64,000 nucleotides of DNA. It comes from Spirochaetia bacterium (GTDB taxonomy: Bacteria > Spirochaetota > Spirochaetia > SZUA-6 > Bin103). A program made the position numbers and the translations under genes. Within the stretch, counting starts at the first letter, position 1. Each line of letters opens with the position of its first letter. The notes below the pieces were generated by a model. The model did no database searches. It saw nothing but the letters and a program-made list of their open reading frames with translations, and had not been told where the DNA came from. The stretch is taken from NCBI GenBank assembly GCA_965203905.1, contig CBDBDQ010000005.1, positions 6,880,001 through 6,944,000 of the forward strand. The letters are read 5' to 3'. Positions 29,686 to 38,935 of the stretch are shown one piece after another.

Positions 29686-30648
29686 TCACTCCTCCCAGGG
29701 CAGGTAGCACACCTTGACGGCGCGCTTGCGGCGCAACAGCTCGACTCCTTCCGCATAGCGCCGCAGCGGCAGGCGGGTGGTGACCAGCGGCTGCAGGCGC
29801 AGGGCGCCGCTCTTCACGTGGGCCAGGGCGCGTTCGGCGGCGGTCTTGAAGTGGCCGGGATATCCCAGCAGCGCCAGCTTGCGGTGGCGTGCCCGGTACA
29901 CCACCTCCTCGCGCAGCACCCCGAAGATCGCCACCGCCGCCGTGGTGCGGTCCATCAGCGCCTCGATGGAGACCTTCAGGCCGGTGCAGTCGATGGCCAG
30001 ATCGAAGGCCGCCGAAGGTGTTTCCTCCGGTGCCAGGGTGCACGCCGCGCCGAGGCCGGCCGCCAGCTCCCGCCGCTCCGCGATCGGATCGACACCTATC
30101 ACCTCGCCTGCTCCGTGGGCGCGCGCGAGCTGCACCGCGATCAGTCCGGCGGGCCCGAGACCGCCGACCGCCACCCGCCGGCCGGCCACGCCGTAACCGC
30201 GCTGCAACTGGTCGATGGTCACCTGCACGCACATCGCCAACTCCAGGGGAGCGAGCGCCGTGGCCGGCAGTCCTTCCGGCACCGGCAGCAGGTGGTCCGC
30301 ATCGAACACGTTGTAGCGGGCGTAGCAGCCCGGCCGCTCATGCCCCGGATCGCGCCAGGCCGCCACCCGCATCCCCGGGGCCAGGCCGTCGACGCCCTCC
30401 CCGACCGCCTCCACCCGGCCCACCGCCTCGTGGCCGGGCTGGCCCGGCGGATAGGGATATGGCAGCGGGCGGCCGGGAAACATCGGCTCGCCGCTGGCCA
30501 GGTGCAGGTCCCAGTGCGGGCAGGTGGTGATCGCCTCGATCCTGACCAGCGCCTCGCCGGGGCCGGCGCCGGGGATCGGGCCGTCACGCAACTCGCTCAC
30601 ACCGGGCGTGACGATCTGCAGGTAACGGTTGCCCTGCTCCTCCATCAT
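29686..30648 (-). CDS. Zinc-binding alcohol dehydrogenase (MDR)
   Basis: TCPHWD, PGHEAVG, GLGPAG. Confidence 0.88.
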   Translation of the reverse strand: MMEEQGNRYLQIVTPGVSELRDGPIPGAGPGEALVRIEAITTCPHWDLHLASGEPMFPGRPLPYPYPPGQPGHEAVGRVEAVGEGVDGLAPGMRVAAWRDPGHERPGCYARYNVFDADHLLPVPEGLPATALAPLELAMCVQVTIDQLQRGYGVAGRRVAVGGLGPAGLIAVQLARAHGAGEVIGVDPIAERRELAAGLGAACTLAPEETPSAAFDLAIDCTGLKVSIEALMDRTTAAVAIFGVLREEVVYRARHRKLALLGYPGHFKTAAERALAHVKSGALRLQPLVTTRLPLRRYAEGVELLRRKRAVKVCYLPWEE

Positions 30649-32045
30649 TCTTTCCGCGGAGGAATCGGCTGCGGGAAGTTCCAGCGCACCCAGTTCCACT
30701 GCAACTGGTCGCCGGTGGCGTCGTTCCACCCCAGCAGACGCCCCTTCATCTCCGCCAGCACCTCGCGCGCCGCGGGGCTGGAGATCCGGTTGTTCATCTC
30801 GAAGGGGTCGTTGCGCAGGTCGTAGAGCTCATCGACGTCGTGGGCATTGTAGACGTATTTCCAGTCGCGGGTCCGCACCATGCGCTGGGTCTGGTAGCCC
30901 CACACCTCGCCGTGATTTTCGCAGTACACACTGTCCGGCCAGCCGGCGGGTTCTTCGCCGCGCAGCAGCGGCAGCAGGCTGATCGCGTCGATGTCCGGCG
31001 GCGCCTCGATGCCGGCGAGCTCCAGGATGGTCGGCATCAGGTCCATGAGCCGGACGAAGCGCTCGATCCGTTGCGCCGGTCGGCGCGGCCGCCTGATGAT
31101 CAGGGGTATCCGGAACACCTCTTCGTACATGGTGCCGGCCTTCTCGAAGTGCTTGTGGCTGCCCATGGAGTCGCCGTGGTCGGTGGTGAAGATGATGATG
31201 GTGTCGTCGGCGATACCCGCGTCCTCCACGGCAGCGACGACTCGACCCAGGCACGTATCCAGCAGCGTGACGTCGCCGTAGTACCTGGCCACCGCCTGCT
31301 GCCACCAGGCCCAGTCCTTGTCCTCCAGGTGCCACTCCCGGTGCTTGCGCAGGTGCGACGCGGGCTTGCCGGCGAACGACTCGTCGAAGTTGGGCCAGGG
31401 CGGGATCGCGGCCGGGTCGTACTGCGAGGCGAACGGCTCCGGCACGATGTTGGCGAAGTGGGGCGCCCCGAGGTCGATGCGCAGAAAGAACGGGTGGCGA
31501 CCGGCGGCCCGCTCGCGGATGAAGCGGATGCCCTGATCAGCGCAGCGCCAGGAGGCGGACTGCTCCTTGGGCGCATCCAGCACCCCGCCCACGCTCTGCC
31601 TCCCGCCCGGGAAGTCGATGTACTGCATGGTCTCGGGCTTCCCCTCGCGCACCGCGGCCGGCGTCACGTGGCGGTGGAAGCCCCACTCCTCGGGCCCGCG
31701 CTCCTGGTGGACGTGCCACTTCCCCACGTAGTCCAGGGCGTAGCCGCCTTCTCGCAGCAGCCGGGAGAAGGTGGGGATCTCCGGCGCCAGGCCGCGGCAC
31801 CACGCCGGCGCAATGTGGGTGTTGATCATCACGCCGTGGTTGTGCGGATACAGCCCGGTCAGGAGAGACGCCCGCGCCGGCGAGCACACCGGAGATGTCG
31901 TGTAGGCGAAGTCGAACGCCGTACCTTCCCGTGCCAGGCGGTCCAGGTTGGGGGTCTCGCAGATCCGGTTTCCATAGCAGCCCAGCGCGTCCTGCCGGAG
32001 CTGATCGGTCATGAAGAGGATGATATTGGGTCGGTTCATGGTCAT
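30645..32045 (-). CDS. Formylglycine-type sulfatase
   Basis: RPNIILFMTDQLR, CSPARAS (CxPxR), GKWH, TDHGD, ELYDL..DP.E. Confidence 0.94.
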   Translation of the reverse strand: MTMNRPNIILFMTDQLRQDALGCYGNRICETPNLDRLAREGTAFDFAYTTSPVCSPARASLLTGLYPHNHGVMINTHIAPAWCRGLAPEIPTFSRLLREGGYALDYVGKWHVHQERGPEEWGFHRHVTPAAVREGKPETMQYIDFPGGRQSVGGVLDAPKEQSASWRCADQGIRFIRERAAGRHPFFLRIDLGAPHFANIVPEPFASQYDPAAIPPWPNFDESFAGKPASHLRKHREWHLEDKDWAWWQQAVARYYGDVTLLDTCLGRVVAAVEDAGIADDTIIIFTTDHGDSMGSHKHFEKAGTMYEEVFRIPLIIRRPRRPAQRIERFVRLMDLMPTILELAGIEAPPDIDAISLLPLLRGEEPAGWPDSVYCENHGEVWGYQTQRMVRTRDWKYVYNAHDVDELYDLRNDPFEMNNRISSPAAREVLAEMKGRLLGWNDATGDQLQWNWVRWNFPQPIPPRKE

Positions 32046-32073
32046 GGATCGCTCCCCATACCCGCATTGTCGG

Positions 32074-33186
32074 CTACTTGTACGGATCGGCCGCATCGCG
32101 CAGACCATCTCCGAGGAAGTTGAAGGCCAACACGGCAACGACCACGAACAGGGCCGGGATGATCAGCCAGGGGAAAGCGGCGACGCTGCGCAGCTTCTGC
32201 GCATCCTGCAGCAGCACGCCCCAGCTCACCGCGGGCGAGCGCAGACCCAGACCCAGGAAGCTGAGCGCGGTCTCCGCGAGAATCATGGTGGGGATGTCGA
32301 GGCTCACGCTGACGATCAGGTATCCGGCGAAGTTCGGCAGCAGGTGACCGCGAATGATGCCCGACTCCTTCATTCCGGCCAGCCGGGCGGCCATGACGAA
32401 GTCCAGCTCCCGCAGCTCCAACAGCTTGCCCCTCACCACGCGGGCCAGCCGGCCCCAGCTCACCAGTGACAGCACGATCACGATGCCGAAGTAGATGCGC
32501 AGAATGGGCCAGTCCCGCGGCATCGCCGCGCTCAGCGCCAACCACAGCGGAATGGTCGGCAGCGACATCAGGAACTCGATGACGCGCTGGATCACCATGT
32601 CGACACGGCCGCCGTAGTAGCCGGATATGCCGCCCAGGGTCACCCCTATCACGAAGGTCAGCGCCACCCCGGCCAAGCCGATGAAGAGCGACACGCGAGC
32701 AGCGTAGATGGTGCGGGAGTAGACATCCCGCCCGATGGTGTCGGTCCCGAACAGGAACAGCCCGCCGGGCTGCTCGACGCTGAACAGGTGGCGATCGAGA
32801 TCGAACAGGCCGAACAACCGGTAGCTCTCGCCACGAGCGAACAGGCGCACCGGGTAGCGCAGGTTCGGATCCTCGGCGTACACCAGTGCCAGGGTCTCGC
32901 TGTCGCGGGTCGACGTGATGCCGTAGACGAAGGGCCGCAGGTGGAAGCGGCCCGCGGCGTCGACGAAGTGAATGCGGGACGGCGGATGGGAAATGGCGTC
33001 GACGAAGCGCCGCTCCACCGAGTACGGCGTGAAGAACTCCGCGAAGATGCCGAACCCGCCCAGGACCACCAGGATGCCGCTCCCCAGCAGGGCCAGGTGG
33101 TGGCGGCGGAACTTGCGCCACATGAGCTGCCAGCCCGAGGCCAGGAAGTAGCGTTCCTCCACGCTCGCCTGCTCCCCTCCGCTCAC
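32074..33186 (-). CDS. ABC transporter permease, OppC/DppC type
   Basis: LFGTDTIGRD, FNFLGDGLRDAADP; GTGA overlap. Confidence 0.93.
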   Translation of the reverse strand: MSGGEQASVEERYFLASGWQLMWRKFRRHHLALLGSGILVVLGGFGIFAEFFTPYSVERRFVDAISHPPSRIHFVDAAGRFHLRPFVYGITSTRDSETLALVYAEDPNLRYPVRLFARGESYRLFGLFDLDRHLFSVEQPGGLFLFGTDTIGRDVYSRTIYAARVSLFIGLAGVALTFVIGVTLGGISGYYGGRVDMVIQRVIEFLMSLPTIPLWLALSAAMPRDWPILRIYFGIVIVLSLVSWGRLARVVRGKLLELRELDFVMAARLAGMKESGIIRGHLLPNFAGYLIVSVSLDIPTMILAETALSFLGLGLRSPAVSWGVLLQDAQKLRSVAAFPWLIIPALFVVVAVLAFNFLGDGLRDAADPYK

Positions 33187-34178
33187 GTCGCGACCCCCTT
33201 CTCGACCCGAATCCGCGGGTCCACGGCCACTAGCAGAAAGTCGGAGATGATGGTCCCGACGATGGTGAGCCAGCCCAGCAGCAGAATGATCGCGCCCGCC
33301 AGGAACATGTCCTCCACCAGCAGCGCCGAGTAGAGCGCCGGGCCGATCGTGGGCAACGACAGCACCAGGGCGCTGATTGTGGATCCCGATACGATCTCCG
33401 GCAGCAGCCAGCCGACGGTGCTGATGATGGGATTTATCGCCACCCGCACCGGGTAGCGGAACAGCAGCGCCCGCTCCCCCACGCCCTTGGCACGCGCAGT
33501 CACCACGTACTGCTTGGCAAGCTCGTCCAGCAGGGAGCCCCGCATCACCCGAATGAGGCTGGCGGTGCCCGCCGTGCCGATGACGATGATCGGCACCGGC
33601 AGGTGCTTGATGAGGTCGAGCACCTTGCCGAAGCTCCAGGGCGTCCCCGCGTAGTCGGCAGAGAACAGGCCGCCGGCGCTTACGCCCAGGTTCTGCAGAA
33701 TGAACATCAGGATCAGCGCCAGCAGGAAGTTCGGCGACGCCAGCCCGATGAAGCCGACCACCGTGAGCACGTAGTCGCCCGCCGAGTACTGGTGGGTGGC
33801 CGAGTACACGCCGATGGGAATGGCCAGCAGGTAGGTGAACACCAGGGTCGTGAAGGTCACGATGACGGTGAGACCCAGTCGCTCGCCGATCACCTCGTGC
33901 ACCGGCCGGTTGTGGCGGTACGAGTACCCGAGGTCGCCCCGAACGATCTTGGCGAACCACTTCAGGTACTGCACGTGGAGCGGCTTGTCGAGGTCGTAGC
34001 GCACTCTGAGCTGATCCAGCACCGCCTGACTCGCCGCGTCGTCGCTGGCCGCGAGCTTGAGCGCGTACGAGGTGACGAAGTCGCCCGGCGGGAGCTGGAT
34101 GATCACGAAGCTGACCACGCTGATCAGCCACACCACCACCAGCATGTAGCCGAGCCGACGGACGACGTAGCGCAGCAG
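33183..34178 (-). CDS. ABC transporter permease, OppB/DppB type (probable CTG start)
   Basis: IQLPPGDF, YVVTARAKG; LLRYVVRRLGY precedes the first ATG at 34145. Confidence 0.9.
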   Translation of the reverse strand: MLRYVVRRLGYMLVVVWLISVVSFVIIQLPPGDFVTSYALKLAASDDAASQAVLDQLRVRYDLDKPLHVQYLKWFAKIVRGDLGYSYRHNRPVHEVIGERLGLTVIVTFTTLVFTYLLAIPIGVYSATHQYSAGDYVLTVVGFIGLASPNFLLALILMFILQNLGVSAGGLFSADYAGTPWSFGKVLDLIKHLPVPIIVIGTAGTASLIRVMRGSLLDELAKQYVVTARAKGVGERALLFRYPVRVAINPIISTVGWLLPEIVSGSTISALVLSLPTIGPALYSALLVEDMFLAGAIILLLGWLTIVGTIISDFLLVAVDPRIRVEKGVAT

Positions 34179-34225
34179 CCTGATCCGCCCCGCCGGTATT
34201 CTGCCTTATCCCGCCGAGTCGCCGC

Positions 34226-36271
34226 CTACTGCTTGATGTACCAGGTCTCCGAGAGGTACGGGTGCAGCCGCCGCATGCCGATCACCCAGCCCGGCTCACC
34301 GCGCATGTTGCCGATCCGGTTGTTGACGATGCGCACCAGCGGCGGGCTGGTGACGGTGCCGAAGAAGCGCAGGTTCTCGATGTTCAGCCGGATCATCTCG
34401 TTGGCGAGCTGCTGGTAGCGGTCGCTGCCCTGCGGCTCCACCATCCACGCCATCGCCGCCTCGAACGCGCTCTTGACGTCGGCGGGCGGTTCGATTCCCT
34501 CGCTGCCGCCCGAGTCCAGCCACTGCCGCCACGGCAATGCCGCCATGGCGCAGCAACTCACGTTGTGATACGGCGGGATCAGCCTGATCGGCGTCGCGCT
34601 GCGCGCGCGGATGGGGGAGCCGCCGTCGCTGCTCCAGATGCCGACGTCCAGCTCGTTGGCGTGGCCGCGGGTGTTCCACAGCTTGCAGTCGAGCAGCTTC
34701 GGCTCGTAGCGCACCCCGATCTGCGCCCAGTAGCTGCGTACCAGCTCCTCGTGGCGCTCGACGTAGCCCTTCCAGCTTATGCAGTGCTCACCGAGGATCT
34801 GCAGCACCTCGCCGTCGGGCCGCAGCCGCCACTTGCGGTCGGCATCCCATTGCAGACCCATGTCGTCCAGCAGTTGATTGGCGCGGGCCACGTCGTGCTC
34901 GGCGAAGTGACTCCCCATCCACTCCTCGTAGCCGGGCCACTCCGGCCGCACGGGTGAAGTGAACGGCTTGGTCTGGCCCAGGAACAGGGTCTCGCTGATG
35001 TCGGCGCGATCGATCGCCAGCGACAGCGCCTGGCGAAAACGGATGTCGTTGAAGATCTCCCGCAGCACGGGGTCCTTGTGGGTGTAGTTCAGCGCATAGC
35101 CCTGGGCGAACGAGGTGCCGTCGTCCTCGAACAGGTAGGTGGTATAGCCGCCGCTCTCCTCGTTCTGCTTGTAGATCGGAAAGTCGGAGAAGGTCAGGCG
35201 CGGGCGGGCGAAGTCGATCTCACCGTTCATCGCCTTGAGCGGGACGGTCTCGCCGGGGTTTTCCAGCACCGGCTGCCGGATCTCGTCGATGTACGGCAGC
35301 TGGTTTCCCGCGACGTCGATCATGTAGTAGTAGGGATTGCGTTCCCAGATGTGCGCCTCAGCGCTCATCTGGGTCAACTGCCACGGGTGGATCACCGGCG
35401 CCTCGGGATCGCGGTTATAGTACTTGTGACGCGTGGTCCACACGCCGTGGAACTGAAACGCCTGCCACCAGGAATCGAATCCCTCCGACTTCGCCAGCTC
35501 TTCGGCGTCGGCGTTGTAGTCGACGTGGTACTGCTCCAGGTAATGGCGCGGTGCCCAGGGCCGTGACAGGTGCCAACTGTCGCCGGCGTTCTTGACCGGA
35601 ACCGCGAAGCTGAATTCGACCGTGTAGGGATCGATCACGGTGAGCTGCATCGGCTCGCCGCCGGGGCGGTACAGCGCACTCAACTCGGGCGTGATACTCT
35701 CGTTCTGCTGGATGTCGGACCACCAGAAGGTGATGTCGTCGGCGTCGAGGTCCTCGCCGTCGGACCACTTCAAGCCGGGCCGGAAGAACAGCTTGAGGCT
35801 GGTGTCGTCGGCGGGCTGCTCCCAGCCCTTGATCACGTTGGGATAGAACTTGCTGCCGTCGGGCGGCCAGATCAGCATGCGCCGGCGGATGCGGTCGGTG
35901 ATCTCGCTGGTCTCCTCGCCGGCAGGATGGAAGTCGCGCAGAGATCCGCCGTACTGCCCGATCTCGTCGAGCGGCCGGACTACCAGCGGCTCGTCGGGCA
36001 ACCGCTCCTCGACCGGCGGCAGCACTCCTTCGGCTACCAGCGCGGCGAGCATCGGCGACTCCCCGAACGACGCGATGGTGTTGCCGGTCACCCTGGTGTA
36101 CTCGGCCGGCGTGGCGAAGATGTGATCCTTGAACGGCTCGCCGGTTACCGGCGTACCCGCCTGCATGGCGCCGCCGCCGGAAGCCTGCTCCCCGGCAGGC
36201 GCGGCATATGCAAGATGGCCGACGATCAGCAGACCGACACCCAATAGCAAACCCAATCTCATGCAGCGCAT
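34226..36271 (-). CDS. ABC transporter substrate-binding protein, family 5
   Basis: Signal peptide, ESPMLAALVAEGVLPPVEERLP, WSDG, NQLPYID; GGAGG RBS. Confidence 0.95.
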   Translation of the reverse strand: MRCMRLGLLLGVGLLIVGHLAYAAPAGEQASGGGAMQAGTPVTGEPFKDHIFATPAEYTRVTGNTIASFGESPMLAALVAEGVLPPVEERLPDEPLVVRPLDEIGQYGGSLRDFHPAGEETSEITDRIRRRMLIWPPDGSKFYPNVIKGWEQPADDTSLKLFFRPGLKWSDGEDLDADDITFWWSDIQQNESITPELSALYRPGGEPMQLTVIDPYTVEFSFAVPVKNAGDSWHLSRPWAPRHYLEQYHVDYNADAEELAKSEGFDSWWQAFQFHGVWTTRHKYYNRDPEAPVIHPWQLTQMSAEAHIWERNPYYYMIDVAGNQLPYIDEIRQPVLENPGETVPLKAMNGEIDFARPRLTFSDFPIYKQNEESGGYTTYLFEDDGTSFAQGYALNYTHKDPVLREIFNDIRFRQALSLAIDRADISETLFLGQTKPFTSPVRPEWPGYEEWMGSHFAEHDVARANQLLDDMGLQWDADRKWRLRPDGEVLQILGEHCISWKGYVERHEELVRSYWAQIGVRYEPKLLDCKLWNTRGHANELDVGIWSSDGGSPIRARSATPIRLIPPYHNVSCCAMAALPWRQWLDSGGSEGIEPPADVKSAFEAAMAWMVEPQGSDRYQQLANEMIRLNIENLRFFGTVTSPPLVRIVNNRIGNMRGEPGWVIGMRRLHPYLSETWYIKQ

Positions 36272-36333
36272 GAAGGCCTCCTTCCCAGGACGGACGACAG
36301 ATTCCCACTACCCTATACTTGCGGACGGTGTTG

Positions 36334-37914
36334 TCAAGTCTCCCCGCCCGACGCACCGGACGCGGCGCGCAGGTCGGCCAGTGCCGAGTAGGCGCCGGTG
36401 AGGTGCCGCAACGCTTCGCGGTAGGCGGTAACGCAGGGGCGGTAGCGCCGGTGGGCGATGGCATCCGGCGCCAGGGGCTCGCCTGGCTGCGCGATGCGGC
36501 GCGCCGTGGCCGCCATGTCGGGGAAGATGCCGACCGCGTGGCCGGCGATGATGGCACTCCCCAGGGTGGGCGAGTCCGGCAGCCCCAGGCGCGCATAGGG
36601 CAGTCCCAGCACGTCGGCCTTGATCCGGTTCCACAGCTTGCTGGCGGCGCCGCCGCCGATCACCCGCACGGTGCCGGCGGGGAGGGCGGGTAGCGCGGCG
36701 CGCAGCGCCCGATGTGCCAGGGCATACTCGTACGCCACCGACTCCAGCAGGGCGCGATAGAAGTGCGGCCGGCGATGGGTCCAGGTGAAGCCGACCCAGG
36801 CCCCGCGCGTATCCGGCTCGTTGGGACACGCGCGGCCCATCAGGTGGGGCACGCAGAGGAGGCCGTCGGCGCCCGGGGAAAGCTCCGCCGCCGCGGCGTC
36901 CAGTTCCTCGAAGGCGGCGCTGTCCGTGGTGTCCGCCGCGGCCGCCCTGTCCGCGAACTGGTCGGCGAACCAGCGATGGGTCAGACCGCCGCCGTTGATG
37001 TACATCACCGAGTACCAGGTGCCGCCACCGAGCGGGCTGGCGATCGGCTTCAGCATGCGCGTGTCCAAGTCGGCGAAGTAATCGTCCAGACAGATCCCGA
37101 ACACCGGGAAGGTCCCGGCCACGTCGATCAGCTGGCCCGGGGCGACCATGCCGGCGCCCAGGAAGCCCGCCGCCTGGTCACCGGCGCCGGCCACCACCGG
37201 GAGGCCGGGCGTCAGGCCGCAGGCCGCCGCGGCCTCCCGTGAGAGGTGCCCCACCACCTCGGTGGCAGCCACGATCCGCGGCATCCGGGCCAGGCCGTCG
37301 GCGCCCAGTCCCGTGGCTTCGGCCAATTCCGGCGACCAGCGGTGGCGCGCGGTGTCGTTCAGTCCGATCCAGGTGAGGTAGGAAGGATCGACGAAGGCCT
37401 GCTCCGCCGTGAGGCCCGCCATCCGGCCGGCGACGTATCCCGCCAGGGTAACCACCTTGGCGATGCGCCGGTACCGTTCCGGCGCCTCCTGCCGCCACCA
37501 CAGCATGCGCGGCGCCATGATCGGCAGGTCGCCGCACAGCTCGATCAGGCGTGCTCCGGCGCGGGCCGCCATCTGTTGCTGGTGCGGCAGGTAGCGGCCG
37601 TCCAGTCCCGACGGGTACCACGGCGTCAGCGGCTGAAACCGGCGATCGACGCCCATGGCGCCGCCCATCTGGCCGTCACACGCGAGCCCGGCCACCTGCG
37701 CCGGCGCGGCCCGCGCGCGGCTCATCACCGCGCCGATGCTGGCCGCGGCCGCGGCGGCGAACTCCTCCGCGTCCTGCTCCGCCACGCCGGGAGCCGGCTG
37801 GTGCAACGGCGCGGGCCGGGTCTCGGCCGCGACCAGGTTGCCGTCCGTGTCGTACAGCCCGGCCTTGACCGCGCTGGTCCCGAGATCCACGCCGATCAGA
37901 TACTCCTGCGCCAC
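36334..37914 (-). CDS. FGGY-family carbohydrate kinase (xylulokinase-like)
   Basis: YLIGVDLGTSAVK, DGQMGG, GAGDQAA, IGGGA.S.LW. Confidence 0.92.
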   Translation of the reverse strand: MAQEYLIGVDLGTSAVKAGLYDTDGNLVAAETRPAPLHQPAPGVAEQDAEEFAAAAAASIGAVMSRARAAPAQVAGLACDGQMGGAMGVDRRFQPLTPWYPSGLDGRYLPHQQQMAARAGARLIELCGDLPIMAPRMLWWRQEAPERYRRIAKVVTLAGYVAGRMAGLTAEQAFVDPSYLTWIGLNDTARHRWSPELAEATGLGADGLARMPRIVAATEVVGHLSREAAAACGLTPGLPVVAGAGDQAAGFLGAGMVAPGQLIDVAGTFPVFGICLDDYFADLDTRMLKPIASPLGGGTWYSVMYINGGGLTHRWFADQFADRAAAADTTDSAAFEELDAAAAELSPGADGLLCVPHLMGRACPNEPDTRGAWVGFTWTHRRPHFYRALLESVAYEYALAHRALRAALPALPAGTVRVIGGGAASKLWNRIKADVLGLPYARLGLPDSPTLGSAIIAGHAVGIFPDMAATARRIAQPGEPLAPDAIAHRRYRPCVTAYREALRHLTGAYSALADLRAASGASGGET

Positions 37915-37963
37915 GCTCCCCTTGTACTCGCTGTCACCGGTACCGGCAAGCGCGGCCCTGCAC
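37698..37963. repeat. Direct repeat copy 1 (kinase 5' end plus upstream), 266 bp
   Basis: Aligns without gaps to 40472-40737; 13 mismatches counted by eye. Confidence 0.92.
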
Positions 37964-38270
37964 TTGCGAACGCAACAAGCACGCAGACGCCCGCGACCGC
38001 GTTTGCGGTACTCGCAACCCATCGCGGTCGAGACTGCGGCCGCTTCTCGGCGCTCTGCGTCAACCGGCTCTTTTCATCATCCCATACCAAGTCGTGTTCC
38101 GGGTCGCGCTTCTCTTCGAGAATCCCACGACCGTTCTGGTAGATTCGGAAGCAGCAAAGCGCTCGCCGGCCCGCTCCCGGCCAATCTGTAATTGCTTCTT
38201 CGATCGTTGGAGCACGCCCGAGCTCCGGCCCGTCCACCGACTCTACCTTGACGACGACGTAATCTGACAT
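37896..38270 (-). CDS. Hypothetical protein, probably truncated at the repeat boundary
   Basis: GGGAG RBS; MSDYVVVKVESVDG... has protein-like composition, then runs into repeat copy 1. Confidence 0.4.
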   Translation of the reverse strand: MSDYVVVKVESVDGPELGRAPTIEEAITDWPGAGRRALCCFRIYQNGRGILEEKRDPEHDLVWDDEKSRLTQSAEKRPQSRPRWVASTANAVAGVCVLVAFASAGPRLPVPVTASTRGAWRRSI

Positions 38271-38355
38271 CTCCCACACACTCCCATAGTGGTAACAACG
38301 GAGGCAGGCACATCGGTACAACCCCAGACTATCTTTCCGGCGGACGAAAAAACTA

Positions 38356-38381
38356 TGAACGCCGACGACGTGCCGTTCGTT
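38356..38381 (+). promoter_or_regulatory. Putative ECF-type autoregulatory promoter
   Basis: TGAAC-N17-CGTT just upstream of the sigma gene, preceded by an A-tract. Confidence 0.55.
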
Positions 38382-38403
38382 GTCCTTACAGGAACCTGCC
38401 TGA

Positions 38404-38916
38404 GTGGAGGAACGGGAAGCATGGGGTCAGGGTGGGCCGGTGTCGTTCGCGGAACTGTATGACGAGCTTGAGACGACGCTGCATCGCTATGCGGCGACGC
38501 TGGTCCGCGATCAGGAGCACGCGGCGGATCTGGTTCAGGAGACGTTCATCCGCGCCTGGGGGCACCTGTCGTTGCTGGGGCAGCTTACTGCTCCGCAGCG
38601 GCGGACGTGGTTACGACGCGTGTTGAGGAATCTGTTCATCGATCAGCGCCGCCGCGCTGCTCGGGAACAGTTGCTGATGGCCCAGCTTGAGCGCTTCACA
38701 CCGCGGAATGTCACCGATTCGCTGGTTTCCCTACAGGTCGAAGGACTGCTCGACACGCTGCCGGAGCCGTTGCGTGATCTGTGGTACCAGAGATACGAGG
38801 TCGGGATGAGCGGGGTGGAGCTAGCACGAGCCATGGGGATCTCGCCGGCCACGGTTCGTTCGCGGCTGCATGCGGCACGCAAGCTCCTGCGTCGGCAGGT
38901 GGATCGATACTTGTAA
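38404..38916 (+). CDS. ECF sigma-70 factor
   Basis: FAELYD, AADLVQETFIRAW, WLRRVLRNLFIDQRRR, ELARAMGISPATVRSRLHAARK. Confidence 0.93.
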   Translation: MEEREAWGQGGPVSFAELYDELETTLHRYAATLVRDQEHAADLVQETFIRAWGHLSLLGQLTAPQRRTWLRRVLRNLFIDQRRRAAREQLLMAQLERFTPRNVTDSLVSLQVEGLLDTLPEPLRDLWYQRYEVGMSGVELARAMGISPATVRSRLHAARKLLRRQVDRYL

Positions 38917-38935
38917 TTCTGTGAGGAGGATCGCG

